Origin: an uncultured Planctomycetales bacterium
GTDB taxonomy: Bacteria; Omnitrophota; Gorgyraeia; Gygaellales; Profunditerraquicolaceae
Direction of reading: 5' to 3'
DNA length: 64,000 bases
NCBI GenBank assembly: GCA_964427405.1
Contig: CAYRUB010000006.1
Location: 15,558 to 79,557, forward strand
The notes under the pieces were generated by a model. It was not told where the DNA came from and ran no database searches. It worked only from the letters and a program-made list of their open reading frames with translations. Made by a program: the position numbers and the translations under genes. Positions 1-10,242 of this stretch are shown here, piece after piece. Each line of letters begins with the position of its first letter. Position 1 is the first letter of the stretch.

Positions 1-381
1 ATTCCGGATGTGGATTTTAATAAACTTAAAAATGACCAGAAGGTCACTAATATTCTAGCTAAAATCCAGCATTTGGATTTGAGAGTTTATTCAGCTTTGG
101 ATGATCAGGATTTTAGTTTGGCTTTGGAAGCTATCTGGGAATTGATTGCTATGGCTAATAAGCATGTTGAAGAAATCAAACCCTGGAATCTTGCCAAAGA
201 GAATAAGCAGGAAGAGTTGAAAGAATTTATTCGTTTATTAATTGATGTTATCAGAGCAGTATCCAGAGAGCTGGAGATTTTTATTCCTCAGACTGCCCTA
301 TCGATTCAGGAACAGTTTGGTGAGGACAGAATAAAAAAAGGCAATCCTTTATTTCCTCGTATTGAAACCAATAAGAAGTAA
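1..381 (+). CDS. metG: Methionyl-tRNA synthetase, C-terminal fragment; gene starts upstream of the window
   Basis: ORF open to the window start. The KPWNLAKE-containing tail resembles the MetRS anticodon-binding/C-terminal helical region. Confidence 0.55.
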   Translation: MPDVDFNKLKNDQKVTNILAKIQHLDLRVYSALDDQDFSLALEAIWELIAMANKHVEEIKPWNLAKENKQEELKEFIRLLIDVIRAVSRELEIFIPQTALSIQEQFGEDRIKKGNPLFPRIETNKK

Positions 382-392
382 TTCCATATCCT

Positions 393-1154
393 ATGTTAGT
401 TGATACCCACTGCCATCTTGATTTTTCACAGTTTGATCCGGACCGCGATGCAGTTATACAGCGCGCCGGAGAGGCAGGGATTAGCTACTTTGTAAATATC
501 GGAGCAACTTTAGATTCTTCAAGCGCCGCTTGTGATTTGGCCGCAAAATATGCGCAAGTTTATGCCGGTGTGGGTGTGCACCCGCATGACGCGGATAGCT
601 TTAATCAGGAAGCAGAAGATAAGCTAAGGGAATTGGCTTTAAGGAATAAAGTTGTGGCTATTGGAGAAACTGGCCTTGATTATTACCGTAATTTATCCTC
701 CGAAGAACATCAATTACATGCCTTTAGCAGGCAGATCAAGTTAGCTAAAGATTTAAATCTGCCCCTGGTAATACATAGCCGTCAGGCAGACGAACAGGTT
801 ATACAGGTTTTAAAAGACGCTATGCCTATCCGGGCGGTAATACACTGTTTTTCCGGTGACGAAAGCTTCTTAAAGGAATGTTTAGGTTCAGGTTTTTTTA
901 TTTCTTTTACCTGCAATATTACCTATAAAAATGCTCAGGGCTTAAGGGATATGATTAAGCTTACCCCGCTTGATAAATTAATGCTTGAAACTGACGCGCC
1001 TTATTTATCTCCCGATGGATTTCGCGGAAAACGTAATGAGCCGATGCAGATAAAATTGTTGGCTGAAGCAGTTAGTTTGATAAAAGGAGCCAGTGTTGAG
1101 GAGATCGCGGATAAAACAACCAAAAACGCCAAAGAGTTTTTTAATTTAAGATGA
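393..1154 (+). CDS. tatD: TatD family metal-dependent hydrolase/DNase
   Basis: N-terminal VDTHCHLD motif; about 253 aa with conserved His/Asp/Glu metal-ligand spacing typical of TatD/YcfH. Confidence 0.85.
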   Translation: MLVDTHCHLDFSQFDPDRDAVIQRAGEAGISYFVNIGATLDSSSAACDLAAKYAQVYAGVGVHPHDADSFNQEAEDKLRELALRNKVVAIGETGLDYYRNLSSEEHQLHAFSRQIKLAKDLNLPLVIHSRQADEQVIQVLKDAMPIRAVIHCFSGDESFLKECLGSGFFISFTCNITYKNAQGLRDMIKLTPLDKLMLETDAPYLSPDGFRGKRNEPMQIKLLAEAVSLIKGASVEEIADKTTKNAKEFFNLR

Positions 1155-2269
1155 ACGCGAAGATTTCCGTAGTTAAGTGTAATAGTTATGAGCCGCATGC
1201 CGTAGAACAGGCAGTCAGGAAGACAGTTGATCTTTTAGGCGGGATAACCTGTTTTGTTAAGCCAGGCTCCCGCGTGTTGGTTAAGCCGAACTTGTTAATG
1301 TCTAAAGAACCCGAATACGCGATTACTACACACCCGCAGGTGGTTCGTTCGGTGATCCGTATTTTGAAGGAGATTAATTGCCGGGTTATTATCGGAGACG
1401 GCCCGAGCGTCTGGGATAGGTATATAGATAATCTGGATGAGGTTTATGAGATTACTGGTATAAAAAAGATTGCGTTTGATGAAGGGGCTAAGCTGGTTAA
1501 ATTTGATAAGCGTAGAATGCGCGATAAGTTCCCGCTTACTACCTGGCTGGATGAATGCGATTATTTGGTTAATCTGCCTAAATTTAAGACTCACGAGCTT
1601 ACTTTAATTACGGGGGCGATTAAAAATCTTTTTGGTTTGGTTTCAGGCACCTATAAAACCGAGTTGCATAAAAATTATTTTAAGCCGTCTGAATTTTCAA
1701 AGATACTTGTGGATATCTATCAGGAGGCAAAGCCCGCATTAACGATTATTGACGGGATATTGGCTATGGAAGGTGACGGTCCGGGGACTAGCGGGAAGAC
1801 CCGTCAACTTAATCTTTTGTTAGGCGGTTCTGATTGTGTGGCATTAGATACGGTTATGGCTAAGATAATGGGGATTAAGCATCAGGAGGTTTTGTCTACC
1901 AGGGAAGCGGCGCTGCGCGGTTTAGGAGAAGGAAAGCTTAGCAGGATTAAAATAGAGGGAGAGGATATTGATAAGTTGAATATCCGTCCGTTCATTATAC
2001 CGCAGGTCTCAAAAATGGAGAATCTGCCGGATGCCTTTAAAATAATCCTTAAGTCGTTAATTAAGTATTATCCTTATTGCCTGTGCCTGAAATGCACGCG
2101 TTGTGGGCATTGTGTGGATATTTGTCCGAAAAAATGTATCACACTTAGTAAGAAGGGTATAGTTTTTAATTATAAAGAATGCATCGCCTGTTTCTGTTGC
2201 CAAGAGGCTTGTCCGTCGGCAGCAATATCAGTAAAGAAAAGTTTGTTGGCCAAGCTTATAGGATTATAA
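1151..2269 (+). CDS. DUF362 domain protein with C-terminal 2x[4Fe-4S] ferredoxin domain
   Basis: DUF362-like N-terminal region. C-terminus carries two CxxCxxCxxxCP motifs (CTRCGHCVDICP, CIACFCCQEACP). Confidence 0.7.
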   Translation: MNAKISVVKCNSYEPHAVEQAVRKTVDLLGGITCFVKPGSRVLVKPNLLMSKEPEYAITTHPQVVRSVIRILKEINCRVIIGDGPSVWDRYIDNLDEVYEITGIKKIAFDEGAKLVKFDKRRMRDKFPLTTWLDECDYLVNLPKFKTHELTLITGAIKNLFGLVSGTYKTELHKNYFKPSEFSKILVDIYQEAKPALTIIDGILAMEGDGPGTSGKTRQLNLLLGGSDCVALDTVMAKIMGIKHQEVLSTREAALRGLGEGKLSRIKIEGEDIDKLNIRPFIIPQVSKMENLPDAFKIILKSLIKYYPYCLCLKCTRCGHCVDICPKKCITLSKKGIVFNYKECIACFCCQEACPSAAISVKKSLLAKLIGL

Positions 2270-2452
2270 GATTAGCGTATGGCTTGGCTTGTTTCTAAGC
2301 AGGGCGTTTGCAGGCCGAGCGGGCAAGGTTACCCTGCTATATGCGAAGTAGGTAGAGCGAGGCCGAAACCCGAGCGAAGTTTGACACGCCGGGTCAAACG
2401 AGCGTCCCTGCGGGAAACAAGACAAGGCAGACGCGTTAATACTATTAATAAG
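2270..2452 (+). ncRNA. GC-rich structured leader or candidate riboswitch upstream of mtnA
   Basis: About 180-nt GC-rich island in an AT-rich genome. The 5' and 3' ends are complementary (GGCTTGGCTTGTTTC / GAAACAAGACAAGGCAG). Several internal hairpins; GCAGGG can pair with either of two downstream CCCTGC copies. Confidence 0.3.
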
Positions 2453-3508
2453 ATGAATATTCGCACAATAGACTGGAAGAATAATAAGGTTAGGATAATT
2501 GATCAGACTAAATTACCGCAGAAATTAGTTTATCTGAACATTGATAAGATAGGGGATTTGAGCAGGGCGATTAAGATAATGCAGGTGCGCGGAGCTCCGG
2601 CTTTGGGTGCTGCCGCTGCTTTGGGGATGTATTTAGGAGTAAAGGATTATTCAGGTTCTGATTGGCCGGGATTCAACCGTAAGTTAAATACGGCGGCAAA
2701 ATATATTGCCAGCTCCCGTCCGACAGCAAGGAATCTTTTTTGGGGGATTGAAAGGGTTACTACTGCGGCTTTAAAGAATAATAGAAAACCTGTTTTTAAA
2801 ATCAAAAAGGCTATTCTCGAAGAGGCAGAGAAGATCATGCAGGAGGATAGTTTATCTTGCCGCAAGATTGGTTCTTACGGAGCCAAGTTGCTTAAGCGCG
2901 ACAGCAAGGTTTTGACAATCTGCAATGCCGGAATATTGGCGACGATTGATTACGGCACTGCCTTGGGAGTTATTTATTCTGCCTGTGACCAGGGTAAGAA
3001 AGTTAAAGTATTTTCTTGTGAAACCCGGCCTTTGCTGCAGGGTAGCAGGTTATCTTCTTGGGAGCTTTATAAACAAGGTGTGGATGTTACGATGATCGCA
3101 GATAATACAGCGGCTTCGCTTATGGCTGAAAGAAAAGTGGATTTAGTAATTACCGGAGCAGACCGTATTGCCGCTAATGGCGATTCAGCGAATAAGATCG
3201 GGACATTAAATTTGGCAATTTTATGTAAATATCATAAAATACCTTTTTATATCGCAGCCCCAAAGAGCACATTTGATTTTAAGATAAAAAGCGGCCAAGG
3301 CATTAAGATTGAAATGCGTAATCCGGGTGAAGTTACCAGTATTTTACTTAAGAAAAGTATCGCGCCTGCCGGAGCTAAGGTAATCAACCCTGCTTTTGAT
3401 GTTACTCCTCATGAGTTAATCAGCGCGATAATTACGGATAAGGGTGTTATCCGTCCGCCTTACATTAAGAATATCAGGAGAGTTCTTAGGGGGAATAAAT
3501 GCATTTAA
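2453..3508 (+). CDS. mtnA: Methylthioribose-1-phosphate isomerase (eIF-2B alpha/beta/delta family)
   Basis: MNIRTIDW...RIIDQTKLP N-terminus, GAPALG and TGADRIAANGD motifs. The track's extended N-terminus (from 2279) is GC-rich leader, not coding. Confidence 0.8.
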   Translation: MNIRTIDWKNNKVRIIDQTKLPQKLVYLNIDKIGDLSRAIKIMQVRGAPALGAAAALGMYLGVKDYSGSDWPGFNRKLNTAAKYIASSRPTARNLFWGIERVTTAALKNNRKPVFKIKKAILEEAEKIMQEDSLSCRKIGSYGAKLLKRDSKVLTICNAGILATIDYGTALGVIYSACDQGKKVKVFSCETRPLLQGSRLSSWELYKQGVDVTMIADNTAASLMAERKVDLVITGADRIAANGDSANKIGTLNLAILCKYHKIPFYIAAPKSTFDFKIKSGQGIKIEMRNPGEVTSILLKKSIAPAGAKVINPAFDVTPHELISAIITDKGVIRPPYIKNIRRVLRGNKCI

Positions 3509-4440
3509 GAGAGATCGGTGAATTTGGTTTAATCAAAAGGTTTCAGAAACAAATCAAGACTGACTTTTCAGTTTTTAGGGGCAGCGGAGATGACTGCGCG
3601 GTTTTGCGCCTGAATAGCTACAGTTATCAATTATTTACCTGTGATATGATTATCGAGGGGGTAGATTTCAGGAAGGTTGATAATCTGGAAGCGGTGGGCA
3701 GAAAGGCCCTGGCCATATCTATAAGTGATATTGCCGCCTGCGGAGGCCTTCCTAGGCATGCGCTAGTATCGTTGGGCCTGCCAAAAAATATGCGAGTTCA
3801 TCAAGTAGATCTTTTAGCTAAAGGGATATTCGGTTTGGCGAAAAAATATAAAATAAATATCGTTGGAGGTGATATTAGCGCTTCTACTAAATTAATTATT
3901 GATGTGAGTATGCTGGGAGAAGTACAGAAACATAAACTTTGCCTGCGCCGGGGAGCAAAATCCGGTGATATTATCATGGTAACAGGCAGCTTTGGCGGGT
4001 CAATTAAAGGTAAACATTTAAAATTTACCCCTCGATTAAAAGAAGCGCGTTTTTTAGTGGATAATTTTAAGATCAATTCTATGATCGATGTTTCCGACGG
4101 CCTGATACAGGATCTGGGGCATATATTAGAACAAAGCTCTGCGGGGGCTGTTTTATATGAAAGCCTTATTCCTTTAAGCAAGGAAGCCAGGGGGATAGAA
4201 GAGGCGCTTTGTTCAGGTGAGGAATTTGAGCTGCTTTTTACTGCTTCAAGAGACCAGGCCAGCAAGATTATCAGATGTTCAAAATACCGTTTTAAGGTAA
4301 TCGGGGAGATCATGCCAGCATCATTCGGCTTAAGGTCGATTAACCAAAAGAATAATTATTCCCGGCTTAATTTTAAGTCCGGGTACAGCGCAGAGGCGCG
4401 TACCGCCCGGTCCAGTAAGGGCGGGTATAGACATTTTTAA
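3499..4440 (+). CDS. thiL: Thiamine-monophosphate kinase
   Basis: GEFGLI N-terminus and AIR-synthase-related fold motifs (GDDCAV, GGDIS). Confidence 0.75.
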   Translation: MHLREIGEFGLIKRFQKQIKTDFSVFRGSGDDCAVLRLNSYSYQLFTCDMIIEGVDFRKVDNLEAVGRKALAISISDIAACGGLPRHALVSLGLPKNMRVHQVDLLAKGIFGLAKKYKINIVGGDISASTKLIIDVSMLGEVQKHKLCLRRGAKSGDIIMVTGSFGGSIKGKHLKFTPRLKEARFLVDNFKINSMIDVSDGLIQDLGHILEQSSAGAVLYESLIPLSKEARGIEEALCSGEEFELLFTASRDQASKIIRCSKYRFKVIGEIMPASFGLRSINQKNNYSRLNFKSGYSAEARTARSSKGGYRHF

Positions 4441-4907
4441 TGAAAAAACTATCTACATCGGTCAAGCAAACACTAAAAATAGGTAAGTTGCTTGCGCAAA
4501 AACTTTGCGGAGGAGAAATCATCCTTTTATCCGGCTCACTTGGCGCAGGCAAGACTGTTCTGGCTAAGGGGATAGCTCAGGGGCTGGGTATTGATAAAGA
4601 TAATGTAGTCAGTCCTACATTTGTTTTTTTGCGCGTATATAAAGGGAAACATTTCTTAAACCACTTTGATTTTTACCGGGTCAGGAACCATAAGGAAATT
4701 CTGGCTTTAGGGTATGAAGAGTATTTTTACTCTGATTCCATAACGGTTATTGAATGGCCGGAGCGGTTAAAATTCCTCTTGCCAAAGGAATTCTTAAAGA
4801 TTAAGCTATCTAATAAGTCCAGAAATCAGAGGATGCTTGAATTTATTGGCAGGGGACCCAGGTATAAACAGCTAGTAAAGATAATTTATGAAAATATTAG
4901 GGATTGA
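4440..4907 (+). CDS. tsaE: tRNA t6A biosynthesis ATPase TsaE (YjeE)
   Basis: P-loop GSLGAGKT; about 155 aa; directly followed by tsaB. Confidence 0.8.
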   Translation: MKKLSTSVKQTLKIGKLLAQKLCGGEIILLSGSLGAGKTVLAKGIAQGLGIDKDNVVSPTFVFLRVYKGKHFLNHFDFYRVRNHKEILALGYEEYFYSDSITVIEWPERLKFLLPKEFLKIKLSNKSRNQRMLEFIGRGPRYKQLVKIIYENIRD

Positions 4908-5562
4908 TACTACTACTAAGTTTTTGTGCCTTGGGTTGTATGTAGACGGCAAGTTCTATGAATACAACCTTGAGACAGGCAGAAGCCTTTCTGTTTTATT
5001 GGTTCCGACTATACAGAGGGTTATCGCTGCGGCGGGATTGAAAATAGCGGATATTGATTATTTTGCCTGTGGTTTAGGGCCGGGATCTTTTACCGGCATG
5101 CGCATAGGCCTGGCTACGATAAAAGGATTAAGTGTTGTTAGAAATAAACCAGTGGTCGGAGTATCTACACTGGACATCCTGGCAGAAAATGTCCTGGTTA
5201 ATAATAATTTGATTGTCCCTGCGATAGATGCCAGGAGGGGGCTTATTTACTGCAGCTCTTATAAAAGAGAACGGGGCCTATTGAAGCGTAAAAGCGAGTA
5301 CCTGCTTTTAAACTTGGATGAATTTGTTAAGAAGTTTGCTAGTAACCCGATAGTTATAGGAGATGCTGCAGTCTTATATGGCGATAAGATACCTGTGCGG
5401 ATAAAAGGCGCAAGTATATTGGATAAGGATTACTGGTTCCCTAAGGCGCATAATCTTATTAAACTTGCTTTAGCCAAAATAAAATCCAGACAATTTAGCT
5501 CGGCGCAAACCATCAAGCCAATTTATTTATACCCTCAAGAATGCCAGATAAAAACAAAATAG
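4888..5562 (+). CDS. tsaB: tRNA t6A biosynthesis protein TsaB (YeaZ)
   Basis: MKILGIDTTT N-terminus; ASKHA/YeaZ-like; synteny with tsaE. Confidence 0.8.
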   Translation: MKILGIDTTTKFLCLGLYVDGKFYEYNLETGRSLSVLLVPTIQRVIAAAGLKIADIDYFACGLGPGSFTGMRIGLATIKGLSVVRNKPVVGVSTLDILAENVLVNNNLIVPAIDARRGLIYCSSYKRERGLLKRKSEYLLLNLDEFVKKFASNPIVIGDAAVLYGDKIPVRIKGASILDKDYWFPKAHNLIKLALAKIKSRQFSSAQTIKPIYLYPQECQIKTK

Positions 5563-6668
5563 GTTACCGGCCCACCTGGGCAGAGGTTAATCTTAATAAC
5601 TTAGAGCATAATTTTAAGCAAGTGAAGTCGCGCCTGCGGACACAGGTAAAAGTTTTAGTTACTGTGAAAGCCGATGCTTATGGCCATGGGTTAATTCCTG
5701 TATCTCACAGATTAGCTGTTTGCGGCGTGGATTATCTGGGGGTCGCTTCTATTGACGAAGGGATAAAATTAAGAAAAGCGCATATAAAAACGCCTATCCT
5801 TGTACTGGGATTAATTTTTAAGCGGGATATTCATTCGCTTTTTACTTTTAAGCTTACTCCTACTATTTGCGATTACGCATTAGCCAGTTCCTTAAACAGA
5901 AAAGCCAGCGCGTTAAAGAAGCCGATACGTATACATATTAAAGTAGATACCGGAATGGGCAGGATCGGAGTCGCGCATCAGGATGCCCTTGAGTTAGTGA
6001 AGAAAATCCATAAGCTTAAATCTATCATTATTGAAGGTATTTTTACGCATTTCCCCTTTGCTGACTCCGAACGTAAATTTACCGCTTTCCAGATCGGATT
6101 ATTTTATAAACTGGCTGATGATTTAAAGAAAAACGGGATAACTATTCCGTTAGTGCATGCCGCTAATAGCGCTGGTTTGATTAACCATCAGGACAGCCAT
6201 TTTACCATGGTTAGGCCGGGGCTGGTTATTTATGGCTTGCATCCGGTTAAACCGGACTTGAGGATAAATCTAAAACCCGTATTAAGTCTTAAGACACGTG
6301 TAGTTTTTATTAAGCAGGTCCCCGCCGGTTACGGGATAAGCTATGGCCACGCCTACGTAACTAAGCGTCCGGCTTATATTGTTACCCTGCCTGTCGGTTA
6401 TGGAGACGGCTATCCGCGTAATCTTTCTAATCTCGGCCCGCTTTTAATCAGCGGAAGGAAGTTCCATATCAGCGGCAGGATTTGCATGGATCAGATCATG
6501 GTCGATGTAGGTAAATTTAAACTAAAGCTTGGCGATGAAGTAGTCCTAATAGGAAAACAGGGCAAAGAAAGAATTACCACTGAACAATTGGCAGATTTAG
6601 CCAGCACTATTCCCTATGAGATCGTCTGTGGTTTAGGCAGTCGCATCCCGCGTATTTATATCTCTTAA
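5541..6668 (+). CDS. alr: Alanine racemase
   Basis: PLP-binding VKADAYGHG motif; about 375 aa; typical Alr C-terminal beta domain. Confidence 0.9.
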   Translation: MPDKNKIGYRPTWAEVNLNNLEHNFKQVKSRLRTQVKVLVTVKADAYGHGLIPVSHRLAVCGVDYLGVASIDEGIKLRKAHIKTPILVLGLIFKRDIHSLFTFKLTPTICDYALASSLNRKASALKKPIRIHIKVDTGMGRIGVAHQDALELVKKIHKLKSIIIEGIFTHFPFADSERKFTAFQIGLFYKLADDLKKNGITIPLVHAANSAGLINHQDSHFTMVRPGLVIYGLHPVKPDLRINLKPVLSLKTRVVFIKQVPAGYGISYGHAYVTKRPAYIVTLPVGYGDGYPRNLSNLGPLLISGRKFHISGRICMDQIMVDVGKFKLKLGDEVVLIGKQGKERITTEQLADLASTIPYEIVCGLGSRIPRIYIS

Positions 6669-6675
6669 AAAATCA

Positions 6676-7776
6676 TTAAGGTAGTTTTGCGATAAGATAA
6701 AGGCTGCTGGACAAAACAATTAAATGGCTCATTGATGCGGCCAGGGAAGGCATAAGTAGTCCGGATTTTCCTATAGCCAGGAATACGGCATCAAGGATAT
6801 AATAAAGAAACCCCACGATAATCGAGATTCCGACAGAGGCCATGCCTGTAGCGCGCCTGCCCGCCATCAGAGAAAAAGGAATCCCTAAAAGTATAATTAT
6901 CAAGCTGGTAAATGGAGCAGCAAAACGCTGGTAGAGATCCACTTTTAAATTACGGATTACGGTAGTCGCCCCGCTTTTAGAAACTCTCCAGATATAATCC
7001 TGCAACTGACGGATATCCATCAGCTCAGGTTTCTGCCTGAGGTTGGCAAAATCCCGAGGAGTTTCAGGTATTGCCATAATCTCTTCCTCAAAATAAGACG
7101 GTTCATCGATCACCTGGCCGTTACGGTCAAAATCATATGTAATGCATTGGGAGAATCTCCATAACCCGTCCACGTAAGTCCCCTTGTCTGCGACAATCTT
7201 TTTGGTAAGATTCTGGTTTTCATCATGCTCTAAAATTGTAATTCCTTCCATGGTTTTGGTATGAGGAAAGAATTTACTGATAAAAAACAACCTGTTTCTT
7301 GAACCGTACATGGAAAGGTTTAAGATTACATCGAGCCTTTTGATTTTATTGCTTTTGGAACCTTCTTCCATTTGTATTTTTATTTTCTGGTTTTCAGCCA
7401 GGGCGGCAGGAACGAGCCTGTCATTTACCCAGAACACCAACAAGCTGATCAGTAAGCCAAAGATCAGGACATTTCTGGCAATTTCAAATATGCTCAAGCC
7501 GCTGGAACGCATGGCAATTATTTCATTATTGTGATTAAGCTTGCTAAATGTATATACTGTACTCAATAGGCAGGCAAAAGGGGATACCTGCACGAACATC
7601 ACCGGCAGGTATGAAAGATAATAACGCGTTAAAAGTCCCAGGGTGGCGCGGTGTTTCAATATTTCGTCTAAATTAGAAAGCAGATCAATGGTGATGTATA
7701 GAAAAAGAAAACTGAAAATACAGGAAAAGAATATATAAATAACTGATTTTAGGATATAGCGGTCTAGGATGCGCAT
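6676..7776 (-). CDS. LptF/LptG family LPS export permease (downstream member of pair)
   Basis: YjgP/YjgQ family: MRILDRYI N-terminus, six TM segments with a large periplasmic insert; adjacent to its paralog. Confidence 0.8.
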   Translation of the reverse strand: MRILDRYILKSVIYIFFSCIFSFLFLYITIDLLSNLDEILKHRATLGLLTRYYLSYLPVMFVQVSPFACLLSTVYTFSKLNHNNEIIAMRSSGLSIFEIARNVLIFGLLISLLVFWVNDRLVPAALAENQKIKIQMEEGSKSNKIKRLDVILNLSMYGSRNRLFFISKFFPHTKTMEGITILEHDENQNLTKKIVADKGTYVDGLWRFSQCITYDFDRNGQVIDEPSYFEEEIMAIPETPRDFANLRQKPELMDIRQLQDYIWRVSKSGATTVIRNLKVDLYQRFAAPFTSLIIILLGIPFSLMAGRRATGMASVGISIIVGFLYYILDAVFLAIGKSGLLMPSLAASMSHLIVLSSSLYLIAKLP

Positions 7777-8867
7777 AGTTTATGAGTTAAATAAACCCCT
7801 ATACTGGCGAATATGATATTAGGTATCCAGAGGGCAAGTGCGGCAGGAAGATGCCCTTCAATCGCCAGCGCCTCAGAGCCGATAAGCAGGGGGTAGTAAC
7901 AGATAATAATTAATACGGCTATACCGATGTTAATTGATTTTTCGCGTCTACGCGTAATAATTCCTAATGAAGAGCCCAAAAGCATAAATACAAAACAAGA
8001 AAAGGCCAGGGCTAACTTTTCATGGATTTTTGTAATCAGCGGAGCCGGGCTGATTCCTTCTTTTTTTAATTTTTCAGCTTCTTTCTTTAATTCCCGAATA
8101 GTCATTTCTTTATATTTTTTATCCACAACCTTGTCCTGCATCTGGCCCATATCCAGGTTCATGAAGTAAGTGCGAAAATTAAGTTTATAGAAGTTAGTGG
8201 GATTTTCCGGGTCAGGTTCGTCGCTTGTGCCGTCAATGAGTTTTAATTTTACGATATTTTTTTCCGGGATACTGATAAATTCACCTGCCTTAGCTACAAT
8301 CGTACGCGTGGGTTTGTCATCTCCCTGAGGTTCATAGATGCGGATGTTATTCATGCGGTTTTTCTTTTGGTCGACATGATAGATAAAAAGGATATACCTC
8401 TGGAATGAGTCGATAAATACCCCTTCTTCAAATGCCGCGGTGGGATTTTTTATCCCCATTTCTTTTAAAGTCTTGCGGTAAGCAAAATGCGCGTAAGAAG
8501 CTGCCTGGTCATTGAAGACTACAAGCCCCAAGCTTAAGATTAGGCTGATGACTAGTAAGGGCAGGATTAATTTAAACAGGCTTACACCGCTTGAACGTAT
8601 AGCAATTATTTCGTTGTCACTGGAGAGCCTGCCTAAAGCAAGTAATACTGCTATAAGCACTGATATGGGTAAGGTGTAGGTAACTATATAGGGAGTAAGG
8701 TAGATAAAAATCTGTATTACGCTGAATAAATCCACTCCTTTGTTAATTACCAGATCGGCAATACGTTTTAAATTACCGATTAAGACCATAACAAAGGTGA
8801 GTACCCCCAGCGATAGTAATAGGGGGGAGAAAAATTCTTTTAAGATATAATTACGCAGGATTTTCAT
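7764..8867 (-). CDS. LptF/LptG family LPS export permease (upstream member of pair)
   Basis: MKILRNYILKEF N-terminus; YjgP/YjgQ topology; overlaps the paralog by 13 nt. Confidence 0.8.
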   Translation of the reverse strand: MKILRNYILKEFFSPLLLSLGVLTFVMVLIGNLKRIADLVINKGVDLFSVIQIFIYLTPYIVTYTLPISVLIAVLLALGRLSSDNEIIAIRSSGVSLFKLILPLLVISLILSLGLVVFNDQAASYAHFAYRKTLKEMGIKNPTAAFEEGVFIDSFQRYILFIYHVDQKKNRMNNIRIYEPQGDDKPTRTIVAKAGEFISIPEKNIVKLKLIDGTSDEPDPENPTNFYKLNFRTYFMNLDMGQMQDKVVDKKYKEMTIRELKKEAEKLKKEGISPAPLITKIHEKLALAFSCFVFMLLGSSLGIITRRREKSINIGIAVLIIICYYPLLIGSEALAIEGHLPAALALWIPNIIFASIGVYLTHKLCAS

Positions 8868-8869
8868 TA

Positions 8870-9595
8870 TTAGTTGGCCAGGGTCATCACGAGAATTATT
8901 CTTGCCCCGGAGTCTTTCAAAGCTTTGGCCGCCTCGCTTGAGGTGGCTCCCGTAGTCAGCACGTCGTCAATGAGCAATAGGTTTGTATCTTTAATTAATT
9001 CAGGATTATTAACCGTAAAACTCCTTTCAACATTTTTACGCCGTTCTTCAAAGGTTAATTCGGTTTGGGTCCTGGTCGGCCTGCTGCGTACTAAAACATC
9101 AGGGAGAACCTTTTTATTAAACTCTTTAGCTACCTGTTCGCTCAAGACCTGGGCCTGGTTGAATTCTCTTTCTCTCAGCCGGATTTTATGCAGTGGTACA
9201 GGGATGATAAAATCAAGATATTCAATAGGCAGGCGGTAATCTTTAATGAATTTATTCATCAGCCTGCCAAAAGGTTCCCCTAAATAGTCTTTGCCGGAAT
9301 ATTTAAACTCGTGAATTAGTTTTTTTATTGTCCCTGTATATGTGCAGGGGCTAAAGGCCCGGTCAAAATGAAACCTAAACTTTAAACAACTTGAGCATAT
9401 GTTTTTGGCCACGCTTAATTTATCCAGGCGTCTGCCGCATGAGGCGCAGAAAGGGGGAAGGTTCTTTTCGATCTTCTCCCAACACTGGCTGCAGACTAAA
9501 TCATGAGCTTTAGCCGGGTCTATCCTGTTTTTGCAGGCCAGGCAGCAATTTGGATAAATTAAATCCTTTATGCCCTTAAAGAAGCTGCGCAACAT
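8870..9595 (-). CDS. comF: ComF family protein (phosphoribosyltransferase domain)
   Basis: N-terminal Cys-rich zinc finger (CxxC...CxxC) plus C-terminal PRTase motif LIDDVLTTGAT. Confidence 0.75.
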   Translation of the reverse strand: MLRSFFKGIKDLIYPNCCLACKNRIDPAKAHDLVCSQCWEKIEKNLPPFCASCGRRLDKLSVAKNICSSCLKFRFHFDRAFSPCTYTGTIKKLIHEFKYSGKDYLGEPFGRLMNKFIKDYRLPIEYLDFIIPVPLHKIRLREREFNQAQVLSEQVAKEFNKKVLPDVLVRSRPTRTQTELTFEERRKNVERSFTVNNPELIKDTNLLLIDDVLTTGATSSEAAKALKDSGARIILVMTLAN

Positions 9596-9672
9596 AAAGA
9601 TATAATAACAATGAAAATCTGGTTTGTCAAAGTAATTGACAGTCGGGCCTATCGATAGTAAAATAATTAATC

Positions 9673-10233
9673 ATGGAAAGCCAAACTCGAGCGCAACTCA
9701 AAGCAAGATTGCTGGATTTATTGAATAAGGAGGCCTTAAAAAGAGGTAAATTTGTGCTTTCTTCAGGCAAAGAAAGCAATTATTATCTTGATGGCCGTGT
9801 AATTACCTTAACTCCGGAAGGCGCGTATCTGGTTGCCGGTATAATATTGGATATGATTAAGCATGAGGTCTTGGATGCCATTGGCGGGCCAACCCTGGGG
9901 GCTGATCCTATCGTCGGCGCCCTGGCAGCCTTAAGTTATATTAACAAGTGCCCAATTAAGACCTTTATCGTGCGTAAACAGGCTAAAGAGCATGGGACAC
10001 AAAAGCAGGTAGAAGGCCCGGCGCTTAAAAAAGGTGCGCGGGTAATTCTTGTGGATGATGTGGCGACCAGCGGCAAGGCGATCATGGAAGCTAAGCTGGC
10101 ATTAGATAAGATCGGGGTAATAGCTGAGAAGGCGATTGTGATTGTTGACCGCAGCGAAGGCGCGGTTGATAACTTGGCTAAAGCGGGCTTGAAATTGGAG
10201 TCAATCTTTAAGTTAGCGGACTTCGGTCTCTAG
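9673..10233 (+). CDS. pyrE: Orotate phosphoribosyltransferase
   Basis: GKFVLSSGKESNYYLD and PRPP-binding ILVDDVATSG motifs. Confidence 0.85.
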   Translation: MESQTRAQLKARLLDLLNKEALKRGKFVLSSGKESNYYLDGRVITLTPEGAYLVAGIILDMIKHEVLDAIGGPTLGADPIVGALAALSYINKCPIKTFIVRKQAKEHGTQKQVEGPALKKGARVILVDDVATSGKAIMEAKLALDKIGVIAEKAIVIVDRSEGAVDNLAKAGLKLESIFKLADFGL

Positions 10234-10242
10234 GTAAACTTT

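Noticed and set aside
2279-2452. N-terminal 58-codon extension of the mtnA ORF in the six-frame track
   Set aside because: The extension is GC-rich and highly structured, with no RBS. MtnA homologues start at MNIRTIDW, so this is treated as leader RNA rather than coding.
3801-4313. 170-aa minus-strand ORF inside thiL
   Set aside because: Antisense to a well-supported gene; low-complexity Ser/Pro-rich translation.
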